Shown: positions 26,985 to 40,899 of the stretch, piece by piece
Numbering within the stretch: position 1 is the stretch's first letter
Layout of the letters: every line of letters starts with the position of its first letter
Assembly: GCA_016748015.1 (NCBI GenBank)
Contig: JAAOMT010000543.1
Coordinates: 496,001-560,000, forward strand
DNA from: Geosiphon pyriformis uo1
Taxonomy: Eukaryota > Fungi > Glomeromycota
DNA: 64,000 nt
Reading direction: 5' to 3'
Notes under the pieces: model-generated
Seen by the model: the letters and a program-made list of their open reading frames with translations, nothing else
Databases searched by the model: none
Told to the model about the DNA's origin: nothing
Position numbers and translations under genes: made by a program

Positions 26985-28450
26985 GCATAATAATGTATTA
27001 ATTAAATTTGTTTTGAAATAATATTTAATTATATTATTTAGTAAAAAAAATTTTAATTAATTATTACTAATTATAAAACAAAACAAATTATGTTTTAATA
27101 TACAACTTTTTTTAATTATATTAATAATAAGTTGGTTATCAAAAATAATATTAAACTTTTTTATATAAAATTTGTATTTTAGATTTTTTTTAAATATTAT
27201 TATAATATTTGGTTTTGCTTTTTTTTTACGATTGTTGTTTGTATAATATTTTTTATCTATTTTTTTTAATAAAAATTTATTTGAAATATTTAGTAAAGTT
27301 TTTAATATTAAGTTAAAATTTATTGACTTATAATAATATATTATTATTTATTTTAAAGTTTTTAAATTTTGACTGATTACATATAGAAAAAACATGAATC
27401 ACACTTATTTTAAAATCTTTTATAATTGTATTATAATAAATAGTAATTAAACTGTATTTATTAAATAAAAACTAAAACTATTTTTATTTGTTAATTAGTT
27501 TTAATAACAAAAAATAATATTTTTTTTAATCAAAAAAGTAATTACATTTTAAAATATTTTTAAATCAAATTAATTAATTTTTTTAATTATATTATTTTAA
27601 ATATAATATTACTATAACTAACAAAGTTTAAATTATATAACTTTTAAGTAATCAGTTATAATTAAAGTTTATATAATTAATTTATTAATTTAATATTTTA
27701 TATTAAAATTATTCTTTTTATTGTAGTTTATATTGTTATAATTAATAAAAAAATTTGGTTTTAAGTTAATTTTATTAAGTTTTAATTATAAAATTTTATT
27801 TATTTATTAAATTTATTATTAAACTAATTAATTTTTAATAATTTTAATAATTTTTTTGTTATTAATAAAATAGTTTCAATTTTAAATAAAAATATTAAAA
27901 CTTTTGTTATTAAAATACAAATTAAGATTTTTAATAAAATTTAAAGTAGTTTATTTAAAATAAATTTTGTATTAACAAAATTATTTATAAATATGTAATA
28001 TAATTTTTAATAATAAAGATTCAAATTATATTAAATACTTAAGAATTTTTTCTTTTTTTTATTAGTATAATATAGTTTTAATATAAATTTTAATAGCTAA
28101 TTACATATTAAAATTCCATAAATCATGTTTATAGTTAATTAAGTATTGCAATTTATATGATAAAAAACTTTACTTTGTTAAAGCAATTTAAAATATAATA
28201 TAATATAAATTTTGACACAAAATTTATTTTTATCAATTTAATTTATGAATATTTCAATATTTCACACAAAAATTATATAAATATAATCAACATTTATAAT
28301 TGTAAAATAAAATTTAATATATTATTGCTTTTTTTTATTTGTATTTTCTTGAAATTTTGTGCCTAAATTACTTTTTTATTATTTTATTTAACAAATTTTT
28401 TTTATAAAAACCAACATAACACTTTTTATTTTAAGATAATAAATTTTTCA
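26250..28450. other. Extremely AT-rich block with almost no CpG, probably decayed repeat/TE sequence
   Basis: About 2.2 kb with very few G/C, no ORF in the track and an embedded (TTA)n. Boundaries are approximate. Confidence 0.6.
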
Positions 28451-29180
28451 GCTCAATTACACTTCATAATAAATTTCATTTCATTGAAATCAATAACAAA
28501 AGATTCCAGAAAACTCAAAATCACGTTTGTAAAAGGAAATCATTCACATAATCTTGCTAACGAGATAATTTTAGTCTTTGATACGCACATGATCAATAAG
28601 AATCAATGATACACCAACCACTCTTTTCGAAGTCAAAAGATCCATGCCCTTGCTCCTACCAATTTACTATCAATGAGGATTTCAAATAGTGCATGCAAAT
28701 TGAAGGTAGTTGCTTGCTCTTATTTTACCGGTTTCGAAAATAAAATAATGAAGGTGAAAAATTATACAAATAGATAAAGGGCGCAAATAGCAGTGTAATA
28801 TAATATGTATCATACTATCGTCCCGACGCAATCTTCTTACACCTACTTATAACTATCTATAGCGGATAATGAATACAAAAGGATACCCAACGGTAATCTC
28901 ATTTCTCCAATAGAACAAAAATAATAAAACCCCAGCCATAAATGGATTAAAGGAATTGTGTGAGCCCTAACAACATAGTTCGATTAAAAAGTGAAAATGG
29001 TACTGGGAAGGGTAAAAGTGTATGGGATGGGGTATTTCAAGACATTTCCATCAAATTTCGGAGTCAATCTTCTCCGGTTAGAAATATCGCCATCAACATA
29101 CTCATAAAACATCATCAGAGAGCCACTTTACACCAGCTGAAAAAATGAACGATTCTAAACTGGAAAAATAAAAGGGATTC

Positions 29181-30409
<1,229 letters not shown>

Positions 30410-31249
30410 TACAGAAACAACTTGAATAGCTAAAAAGTTCTTTATAAAAATATCAGAATGCAAAAATCTGAAGAAGAAAATGGAAGGTGTGCGAAGATTA
30501 AAAAGTTTATCTAAAGAAATTAAGATGTAAACAACTAAAGACAAGAAAAATTTTGCCTCACAGTATAAAAATACACGCGAGATTTTAAAAGTTTGGGGTT
30601 GAAAGCTATATGAGACTGACTCTGCCAACAGCTAAAGCAGGCAGTCGGGCGGTTTTGTATGCCTTTTCTGATGTGTGACGCAACATCGAATAAGAACATG
30701 GCGCTCACCAATCAAGTTATCAACTACAAGTTTGATTTTTTAAACGTGATTTTGAGTTGGATAGGAAACCGAATTACGGGGAGAAAATCCCCTAGATCCC
30801 AAAATGGGATGAATTGTTGCCTGAATTCTTGTTCCTATGACTGTATTCTGACACCACACTCAATAATTAAAGAACAAAATATTTTTTTGAAACCAGTGTT
30901 TTTATGTCACCCAATTTAACTGTGACGTTTATTGATTTTCTATTAAGTTATACGATAGATAAGTCTTGTGCAACACAACCAGAATTTCTCCGATTTGTTC
31001 ATTACGTCGTAAAAGAACTTGTATTTCCTAGTTCTTTTTTCATAGCCCCTGGCATTATGACATAAACCAAAGAAAAAAGGTCAAGACAACGCGATTTTTT
31101 TAGTAGAAGATCAACGGTATTTTTTTGTTTCTAATATTGTTGATCAGAAAAACACTACATTCATTTTTGAAAGGTAAAACAAATGACCTTTCGGAATGGC
31201 ATTTCCGCTGAACTAATTCTCTTAAGATAATTTTTATCATTTATTCTTT

Positions 31250-31987
31250 TTAGGACCTTTGTTTAACTTTGGGCTGCCATTCAAGTATTTTTGGTGCAGT
31301 TGTGTTATAGGGCTTATAGGCTTTTGGAGTGCCAGTGAAATTTGGAATGAAAGTCGCTTTATATATTGGTTTAGGATAATTCTCAATTTTTGGTGGATAT
31401 TCAGTTATCTTGTGTATCCAACGGTGCCTATGCGGAAGAAGTTAAAAGTTTATCTTTAGTAATAATATCTCCTTTAAAAAATATCATACCAATTTTTGAA
31501 TTAATACTTGATGAATAAAGGAACACAGTACCATTCAGGTGGAATCGAGGTTGGGTCATCACTGGGGTGATTATATTCCACCCATCTGTCTCGCCCTTGG
31601 AGATATAATTCCAAGTTAAACAATTTTTTTCAAATGGGTTTGGCTGTCTTTGATAAGCTCAAGTTTTCATTTTTATATATTTTTCTCATAGGACAATATT
31701 TTAATTTTCAACCTTTAATAAACACTCTTTCTTTTTTTCTATATATAGTTTTCTCCAGGACAAATATTTAAGGTAAAATATCTTGATAATGACCCTCCAA
31801 AATCACTACAATAGAGTTCTGTTAATTACTTACCATATGTCTCTTCCTTATTCTCAAAATATTTATTCCCGAACTGGTCAACACCTATCAAACTTCCAGC
31901 TTTAACGTCTCCAATATGATTTAATTGTTTCCAGTAATTCGTTGGGCCAACTTTCACAATGTTTTTTATGTATCTTAAGAGACTCAT
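31250..31987 (-). CDS. NDUFA12: NADH:ubiquinone oxidoreductase subunit NDUFA12 (B17.2), 131 aa, 3 exons (31987-31834, 31595-31532, 31427-31250); absent from the ORF track
   Basis: Spliced product MSLLRYIKN...KAGSLIGVDQFGNKYFEN..ETYGRDRWVEY..DPTSIPPEWHRWIH...NFTGTPKAYKPYNTT..KILEWQP. All introns are GT-AG and in phase. Confidence 0.93.
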
Positions 31988-32126
31988 AATTTGTGAAAAA
32001 AGATTAATTTTTTTGGGGCAAACACATTATAAATAAAATAATTAAATGATGCAGATCATTTGCTATCGAAAGATATTTTTATATATTCGGTCCTAAACGT
32101 TTTTCAGTCGCTTCACACTTTCAAAA

Positions 32127-34215
32127 ATGCAACAACACCAACGGCATACGTTGGGATTGGTTATTTTATTAGCTGTAGCTTTTATATGGGTTGGCTCAGC
32201 TTTTTTGATGAATGTAAGTTTTATCTTTTGATTCCAAATATGACACCCGATCAATTTTTACCATTAACTTTGTGTTTTGTTATTATAGCATATGTTCGCC
32301 AACCAAGATTATAACAAATCGTTTGCTATTACATACTTGAATCAAGCTTCATTTTCTTTATATCTTTTAAAAATTATATTCAGTAAAAAACGTCCTGCCA
32401 ATAAAAAGAGGTAAAAAATTTTTTCACTCTGCTAATGGAAAGCGACTTTTTTGCTTTATCAAAAACTATATGATCGTTCATCTCAGGAGAGTCATTGTTC
32501 CATTATTTTGATAAGTACGCTTTTTTTTATAGAATAATCGATTTTAATCATGCGCTGTATGATACCGGATCAAGAGCTTCTTCTGAATCAGTACAATCAA
32601 ACAATCTATATATTGATCGCACGCTATTTACTTCTCTTTCCATTGTATTCAGAAATTTATTCTTCGAATCTTTATTTTTCCATATGATATAGCTTCCGCG
32701 TCCTTCTTTGGCTCAAGACGCACCAGATCAACAATTTATGTATCAATCGCCTAAAATATCGGACGAAACTACAATCTTTTTACGGACCAATATTGGGAAT
32801 AGTAAATTAGATCGAGATGCTTACATTGATCCTCATGACTTCCTTGGATCTATTAATGAGGAAAATAAGCTGAAGAAATCGGAGGTATGGGATCCTATTG
32901 CAATCTCATTAAAAAGTATGTATTTGAAATAAATTATTTTTACATATTGACCTCTTTAGGTTGCAAAGCTCTGCCTGATATTTTGCGTGCTATGGTTTGC
33001 AGGTGTGTACATCATATTCAGGATTTTTTAAGAATCAAATAATTGACTTCGGTTTCTAATATGAAGATTTTGGGTGGGGTTCCTGGATTAGCCAATTGGA
33101 GTAATAACGCATCACTTGCATACACAAACGTTGCAAGCAGCACAATATTAGCTTCAATGTCAGGTGATATAATGACTTATTTTTTTTTTAATCTTCTACA
33201 TTCAATAATAATAATTTCTTTTGATAGGTTTCTTCACCTTGGGCATAGGCGCTCTAGCTGGTACTGAACAGTTTAGTTTGACAAAGCTAATAATAGTATC
33301 AATAAGGTATTAAAAGCTGTTCAAAATTCTAGCCAGCCTCACTGTTATTAACTTCTATTCTATTCTATATAGCGTAACAGGAGTCATTTTAGTATCGTTA
33401 GCCGACAAAACTAATATGCCGATTAATAGTCCTAGCACGCCTACTGCTCCATTTTTTGGTGACTCTCTTGCTTTGATAGGGGCATTTCTTTATAGCTGCA
33501 ATATAGTTCTTTTGAAGCACAGGATCGGCGATGAATCGCGCGTTGATATGTCACTCTTCTTTGGATTTGTGGGCATTTTTACTCTGGTGCTACTTTGGCC
33601 AGGCTTTTGGCTGTTAGATATTAGTGGTATAGAAAAATTCATGTTACCTCCAAATACCGTAATATGGGCAATGGTGACAATCAACGCATTGATTGGCACA
33701 TTCTTGTCCGATTACCTTTGGCTTTTAGCCACCTTTATGACATCACCTCTGGTTGTCACACTTGGGCTATCATTAACAATACCGATGGCTTTGGTCGGAG
33801 ACGTCATATATAAAGGCGTTAAGTTGAGCACGCAATATTGGGTTGGCGCCATGTTTGTGTTTCTGGGTTTTATTGCTATCAATTTAGCAGCAATCCGAGA
33901 TCAGAAACTATCGAAACTTTCTAATCTCAATGATCAGGACGGTGAGATTCTTGGAGAACTTGTTTTATAAATCTTAGTTCTGATAATTATCAGATCACGT
34001 TCCAGTGGCTCCCCTGTTTTGTCATTATTTTACTGTAATTTTAACTTCTTTTGGTATTATTTTTGGGCTTAATAGATTTTCTGCATACGTTGTCTTCGTC
34101 TACTGATGAAGCGAATACAACTGCTTCATCATCCGGAATGGCGAGTTCTGCAGTGCCTCGTGCAAGGCGATCCAATACCAGCCCGCCATTATCGGGAGAG
34201 CTATTTAAAAGCTGA
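32127..34215 (+). CDS. SLC35F5/THI74/YML018C-like EamA (DMT) transporter, multi-exon; last exon about 34076-34215
   Basis: HTLGLVILLAVAFIWVGS, WFAANWSNNASLAYTNVASSTILASMSGFFTL and LSDYLWLLATFMTSPLVVTLGLSLTIP. A donor after 33941 joins in phase to an S-rich last exon. Confidence 0.88.
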
Positions 34216-35056
34216 CAGGATAGGCTGCATTTCTTTTGATCCCCCCTTTTTACTAATAGGTTTGAAATTTAAAATAACGTTATATGTGATCTGTGCATCG
34301 AAAAGAACGAAATTAATTCCGAGTCGTAAAAGCCAAGATTGGTGTAGATCATACCAAAGTGGAGATGTGTGGAAAGAATTAATTTAACGAATCAAAAGTG
34401 AAATACAAGATTAGCGAGTATCTTGACAAATTAATAATATAATGTTGTTGTGGCGTCCAAATTTGAAATTAGAACACTCAACAATTGTGAAGACCAAGGT
34501 CGCCGGAAAAAATTTAGATAGTAAACATAATCTCGGTGGCTTTGCAGTTTTTATTGCTGGGGTCGTCGGTGTTCTAGCTTGTTGAGGCTCTTTTTATAAA
34601 TATTCTAAAAACAGGTCGAAGACTGGCAATAAAATTTTTTTGAACAAAACCAGAGTAACATTTTTAACTTTAAGCAAGATTGAAATAAGCAAAATTTTTT
34701 GTTGAATTCTTTTTTAGAGGAGTTTCATTTTAATTGAATTCTTCCAAATTATTATTATAATGGAATTTCAAATCCTCAAATTAGAAATCATGCATATTAA
34801 AGAGATTTTCGTTGTATATGTTATTGTCCTTTTCGCTGATAACTATATTTGTTTTATTTAAAAAAATATGATGATACTTTTAACTTGAAAATCCAAAATA
34901 GGCTACCGAGGTCGAATTTATGGGTTCCAAAAAAATTTTAGTTCAAACGTACAACATTTTTTTTGCCCACAATAATTGGAAAAATCAAATATTAATTTTT
35001 TTTCTAAAAATTAAAAATTTAATTTTTTAAATTGAACCATACCTAAGGACCTAAAT

Positions 35057-35218
35057 GTTCTGTATTGAGATCAATTTTTAGTTTTAAAATGGACGTATGA
35101 CAACATAAGGATAATAAAAGTTCTGTGTTGAGATCAATTTTTAGTTTTATAAGGATAATAAAAGTTCTGTGTTGAGATAAATTTTTAGTTTTAAAATGGA
35201 CGTATGACAACATAAGGA
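35057..35218. repeat. Tandem repeat A, 63-bp unit x3 (middle copy lacks 19 bp)
   Basis: GTTCTGTRTTGAGATMAATTTTTAGTTTTA... starts at 35057, 35120 and 35164. Confidence 0.92.
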
Positions 35219-35234
35219 CAAGCAAACTTCCACG

Positions 35235-35500
35235 TTAGGATCTTGAATGTAGGACAATAAAAATAAACGTTCACTTTAAGTTTAAAATTTCAACAGATAA
35301 ATTTTCAAATTTATCACAATGTAGGACAATAAAAATAAAAAAAACTTTCGCTTTAGGATCTTGAATGTGACAATAAAAATAAACGTTCACTTTAAGTTTA
35401 AAATTTCAACAGATAAATTTTCAAATTTATAACAATGTAGGACAATAAAAATAAAAAAAACTTTCGATTTAGGATCTTGAATGTGACAATAAAAAAATAA
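35235..35500. repeat. Tandem repeat B, 116-118-bp unit x2 plus a partial third copy
   Basis: TTAGGATCTTGAATGT(AG)GACAATAAAAATAAACGTTCACTTTAAG... starts at 35235, 35353 and 35469. Confidence 0.92.
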
Positions 35501-35664
35501 AAAAAGGGTTGCCTCAGATCCATTAAATGTAGGAATAAATATAAAAAAAAAATATATAAATAAGTGTTTAAAATTTCAACGAATAAATTTTTAATTTAAA
35601 AGAAGGTGAAAATTTAATCGAAAAACTCAACTAACTCCATTATTCTGAATCTTCAAGTATAGAA

Positions 35665-36222
35665 ATGAATCAGCAACCTTCTAGCGATCATCACAACCAT
35701 TTCGTCGGCAACCAACAAAACCTCTCTCTCGAAAATAATGAATCTATTTATCCGATTCTCTATTTTGAAAATCAAAAAATTCCTCGCGTAGATGGTAATG
35801 AGACTTCCTCATTTAACCAAGCTCAATATCACCCGTCGTTGCATTCAGAATCGGATATTTATTCAGAAATTATGAGTTATTCTTCCCAAACTCTACTATC
35901 AAACGAGTCCCAAGAATGGATATTTCAGCACAATAATCACAATAGTAATTTTAACTCTTTGGCCCCAGACAACCAAGCTTACTCTATACAAAACCATGAT
36001 CCCCAATTTAACCATTTCCAGAATTTACAACAAAGCCCTCATCTGATTTTATTTGAAGACAAATTAATATTACGGGAAGATATTTTGAACATAGAGAAAG
36101 ATATTTTGAATGGGCAACGAGAAATTTTGAATAAAGAACGAGAAATTTTGGATAAAGAACGAGAAATTTTTAAGAAAAGGGAAGAATTAGCCCTACTAGA
36201 AACTAAATATAATGCTTATTAA
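35665..36222 (+). CDS. Intronless orphan protein, N/Q/H/S-rich, with C-terminal heptad repeats (coiled coil)
   Basis: 185-aa ATG-initiated ORF ending in REDILNI EKDILNG QREILNK EREILDK EREIFKK REELALL. Confidence 0.6.
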   Translation: MNQQPSSDHHNHFVGNQQNLSLENNESIYPILYFENQKIPRVDGNETSSFNQAQYHPSLHSESDIYSEIMSYSSQTLLSNESQEWIFQHNNHNSNFNSLAPDNQAYSIQNHDPQFNHFQNLQQSPHLILFEDKLILREDILNIEKDILNGQREILNKEREILDKEREIFKKREELALLETKYNAY

Positions 36223-37123
36223 AATAATAGCTAAAGATGGCATAAAAAAGTGTCACAACTAGTTGCAAGCTTTTTTTATCAATCACCCTTTTCCTCCGAA
36301 TTTGAATATCAGAAAGTTTTTGTTAGTCAAACATTTTATGTTTCTTTAGTTCAAAATACTTATTATAGAGAAAATTTAAATGTAACCAAATAACATATGA
36401 ATATTGTAAAAAATCGAATTTAAGCTCTTCGATTGAGTCCATAAAAGTTCTGACCATTAGATTTTAAGTAATCAACTTCGGGATTTCTCAATTAAATTTT
36501 TTTTTACACCTCAATTTTTGAAAGTTACTGTTCTTTGCCGATCATATTTTTTGGTCTACATTGCTTTGATGTGATGTTTTTACCATCACAATCAGCCCGT
36601 TTTTTTGTGCTTGTGAAACAGTTTGAACGAACATCACACGTTATTTTATATTGTGTACAACAAAAATCTTGATTAAATATTCTAAACTGGCTTTTTTTTA
36701 AGTGAAATGAATGAAAAATGTAGATCTAAATATGTTTCAAATAAAATTACCACCGACAAAAAATAAAATTTCTTTTTTAACAAAAAACAAAGTTTGAAAA
36801 GATTCTTAAAAATATCATTAATAAAAATCATTGTACATAATAATAATATTGTAAAATTGTTTGAATAAAACAAAAATTCAGTTAATTTTATCTTTATTTA
36901 TACTTAAAATAATATTTATTCAGTCATAAAAACGGTTATAAAAATAAAAATTAATCGATTATAAATAAAAATAAAAATAAATTATTTAAAGTTTTTATTA
37001 AAAATATGATTAACAAATAAAACAATATTGATCATAAATTAAATTAAGAAATTAATATTTGTTTAAAAAAAAATTTCTTGCTATCTAAAAACTTTGAAAT
37101 TTTAACTTAATTAATAAAATTTT

Positions 37124-37250
37124 TTAAACAACTAAATCCCTATGCAACATCAGATAGCTCCAAACTAGTTCAAACATTTTGGATTCGGCTACTCTAGCAT
37201 CCCCAAAGATAGTCAATAAATCAGTATACCATTCTCGAACAGCTGGGAAT
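37124..37250 (-). mobile_element. Degenerate relic, probably the C-terminal end of a non-LTR retrotransposon ORF
   Basis: Translates to VREWYTDLLTIFGDARVAESKMFELVWSYLMLHRD, which is similar to the relic at 55.7 kb. It is a GC island inside an AT-rich block. Confidence 0.45.
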
Positions 37251-38332
37251 ATATTATGTAATGATTTCATAGCATATATGCGCAACCCAGCAAAAAAATC
37301 AATTATTATCAATGCTTGAAAGATTCAATAATTTTATATTATATTAATTATATATATATTTATTAAACTTAAAACAAATTTACCCAATAATAAGTTCTAA
37401 TAATTGGTTTACAATTATTTTAATATAAAAAACTATAATTTTTAAAAAAGGTTTTTGTTAACATACACTTATTTCGATTCAATCTATTTGAAACCAATTT
37501 TTTTAAATCATATAAATTATTTTAAAAGCAAAACATAATCATTAAAACAAAAAGAAAAAAGAATTAAAAACTTTCAAAACTGTTAAATGTTATTATTGAA
37601 TAAAATAAAAAGTCAAATTTTGTTTTTATGTTTAATAATACCAAAGCAAATTGGGATAAAAGAAAATTTTAAATTTAGTTCAAAATAAAGTAAAATTCAT
37701 GTTTAAATTATGTGAAAATTATTTTGGTAAACTTATCAATTGTTAATAATCAACTTTTTTTTTAACAATAAAACAAAATATTTTTCAATATTAACACACA
37801 TTATAATATTTAACAAATCTATTTCAAATCAATCAATTTCAATAAAATTTAAATGAATCATATATTTATAAAAGGATTCAATATAATAATTAAATTTTTT
37901 TTTAATTAAAATTTTCAAATTTGAATTATTGTAATTTTTAAACAATAATAATTGTGATTAATATATTTACATTCAAAGTAAATTTTTTGGTGCTTGCTTT
38001 GCTATATATTATGCTTTTTGAATAAAAATAAATTGAAAAATATTAATTACAACAACAAGTATAATATAAATTTATTTTGAAAAATAATTATTTTTTTAAT
38101 GTGTTGGTTTCTTTATTAAAAACCCCATTTAATCATAAAAAATTATTTTACACATGATTCATGCATTGGGCAGATCATCCAAGTGTAGAATTTGGATCGG
38201 CTTGAAGAATTTTTTTGCATGCCAAGATGGAATTATTACATCTTTTCTTTTCGACTTTAAAAGTAAAAAGACTCATTAACTTAAATCACCTGTCAAAAAC
38301 TTGGGTTTTTTACCATAAGCAATTTTATAATC

Positions 38333-39337
38333 ATGTCCAATTCCAATACTATCGCTATCTTATTAAATAACAATTCTACCTCTACCCCAATTTCATCACC
38401 AATTCTCCACTGCTACTGCAACAAGCCAGCTGTCCGACGCTGGGTTTCAAAACAAAATAAGAACCATGGTCGTTCATTTTTTGGTTGTCGTCGATTTATT
38501 AGTTCTACAATTGCGGAAGGATTAGGCTGTGGATTCTTTTGCTGGGCCGAGGATGGCAGCAGCAACAACGATGATTGTAATAACAAGATCTCCAAAAATA
38601 GTGACATGTTACCAGATGGCGACCACCCAGGAATTTCTGGAACCAATAGATTTCAATTTTTTCGAGATTTGTCAAGTAATTTGGCCTCTATGAAGTTAAA
38701 TGAACACCCCTTTAGCATCAATTTTACAACTAATGCTAAAGAAAAAAATGACAATGGGAAGCGCTCTGCGCAACATTTTAATGTGGAAACTACTCCTAAA
38801 GTCCAACCCAACTTTAGGTCTTCAGGTTCTCAAAAAAACATTATATCAATTCAAGATTTTGATGAGGATGATGTCGAAAGCTCATCAGAAAACATTTCTT
38901 TAAACCATCTATTGTCTTCTCTCTTCACAACTTCCACTACCAATCGTCATCTTAATACTCCTAAATCCAAACGTCCTTGTCTTAAGGTGGATTCCAAATC
39001 TCCAACTACAATGTCACCTATCTCGCTATCATTATCACCACCACCATCAGACTCTGATTCTTTACTTATTCCAATCCCTTGTTTTTCCGACGATGAGCTG
39101 CTCGAAATAGTGGAAAACCATATAGTTCGACAGAATCGTCTAATCAAAGCAAATGAACGGTCAAAAGACTGTTGTATTGCTGGGCTAGTTCGAGCTCAAG
39201 AGGAATTCGAACGCATAAAAACAGAAATAGAATCTAAAAGGGGTGAGTTAAATATGGCTCACCAAGAAAAACAGTTGTTGGAGTGGGAGTTGGCTGCGGT
39301 CAAGAGAGAAATCAGATCTTACAAGAGAAAGAACTAA
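38333..39337 (+). CDS. Intronless GRF-type zinc-finger protein with C-terminal coiled coil
   Basis: HCYCNKPAVRRWVSKQNKNHGRSFFGC...GCGFFCWAED matches zf-GRF. The C-terminus is an E/K-rich heptad region. Confidence 0.85.
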   Translation: MSNSNTIAILLNNNSTSTPISSPILHCYCNKPAVRRWVSKQNKNHGRSFFGCRRFISSTIAEGLGCGFFCWAEDGSSNNDDCNNKISKNSDMLPDGDHPGISGTNRFQFFRDLSSNLASMKLNEHPFSINFTTNAKEKNDNGKRSAQHFNVETTPKVQPNFRSSGSQKNIISIQDFDEDDVESSSENISLNHLLSSLFTTSTTNRHLNTPKSKRPCLKVDSKSPTTMSPISLSLSPPPSDSDSLLIPIPCFSDDELLEIVENHIVRQNRLIKANERSKDCCIAGLVRAQEEFERIKTEIESKRGELNMAHQEKQLLEWELAAVKREIRSYKRKN

Positions 39338-40899
39338 GTACAATCATGGTCGATTGGGTTTTGGCCATGTTTTAAAATTTTTCGTTTGGATTAACTTCCA
39401 AGTATACATATATAAAAAATTGCAATGGTTTTATCAGGTTTTGCTTTGTTGGACTTATTTCAAAACCCAAAAGGAGCCAGTTTTATTATTTCTTTTCTTT
39501 TTTCAGTTATAGTTAATTAGGACACTGATTTTTCTCAAAAGAATGTATAAATTATTTGTCTTGGTTGTAATTGCATATGTGCAATAAATTTAACGATATT
39601 TTATGATATCTTATAATTCCATTAAGCGGCTTTTTTTTCACATTCAAATAGCCCGGGTTTCAATAAAAACGATTCTCGTCAAATGATTTAGGTAATACTG
39701 ATTAAATTTTAAATTAATTTGTGTTACTTATACGTTATATGTTAAATGGGCACGCAGCGACAGTGAACATGTGACCTCACAGAACAAATGTCTAGACCTC
39801 ACATTAGCACGTTCTTCAACTTCACCCCGAAATTTCCTTTCCCTTCAGGTCTCGTCGCGCTGTTTTGTTAATCACCACCGCTGTCAAGGCCAGTATAGTT
39901 TTTCTCGTCTCATGTTACCAGCCGCGCCCAGCTCTACTGGCGTACAGCCATTATTTCTTGCGTTAGATGTTTGGGCCTGATCTCCTGGGCAGTCATGTTA
40001 AAGGCCTGTAATCTCCTGCATGCCAGTGCTGCGTTGTGTATACCTACTGGCATATGGCCATTGCTTCCAGTGTCAGATGCTTGGAGGCAGTCTTCAGGAA
40101 CATCTTTGAGCATGTATGCGTGGCCTATAACATCTTCAATGCTGTTCTCCAATATAATCGTGCACACCTTCACTTTGTGATTTTGTTTTGCATAGGAACA
40201 TATTCATATTATCTAGATACTCAAGATAATCGTGCAAGAATACATTGATAAAACAAAATATTCAGAGTGATCATCCTTTCAATTCTAAACTAATTAATTT
40301 AAAGATTTTCCCTGGGTTCTTTTTTGCAGTAGCCAATGTAGATTGTTCATATCTCCCAGTTTCATCAGCCATCAACTAGCATCCCCATTCTTTAATGTCA
40401 CGATTAACCACCTTCAGAATATTAAACTGTCATCATCAAAATGCATCGAAATTTCTCGTTTTCTATATAATATCTTACATAATGAAGTTACATGTATGAA
40501 ATTGGCTATAGTACATCTTAAAAGGAAAAAAAATTAAAAAAGTTAGTATGTGAAATGTGTGGGTACGATTATGTGTTCAAATTAGGGAATAAGAGAGAAC
40601 AAAAGGAATCGATCCCATGGAATTCAATCTTGAGATACGAAGATATATAATATGCAGAATTAAGACATAAAGGAATGATATGATCCAGGGGGAACTCTAA
40701 ATAAACCCCAAAACCATATCGTCAACAAAATGGCAAAATGAACAAAGGATCTCTAGTTTGCGAGGGAAATCGAAAGAATAAAGAAATCACACCAATGTCT
40801 TTGTCATTAAGAGAAATTTGTCATCAAAGGAATTAACATCCAATTTTGAGAATTTAACGAATAAGTTAGAAAACGAACATCCGCAACGTGTGGCATCGT

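Noticed and set aside
34100-34195. Hairpins TGATGAAGC...GCTTCATCA and AATGGCG...CGCCATT with a CTGATGA core (hammerhead, SECIS or riboswitch?)
   Set aside because: There is no GAAA after the putative stem II and no TPP aptamer motifs. The segment is better explained as the in-phase last coding exon of the SLC35F5-like gene.
35057-35500. CRISPR-like appearance of the repeats
   Set aside because: The units are contiguous tandem copies without unique spacers, in a eukaryotic context with no cas genes.
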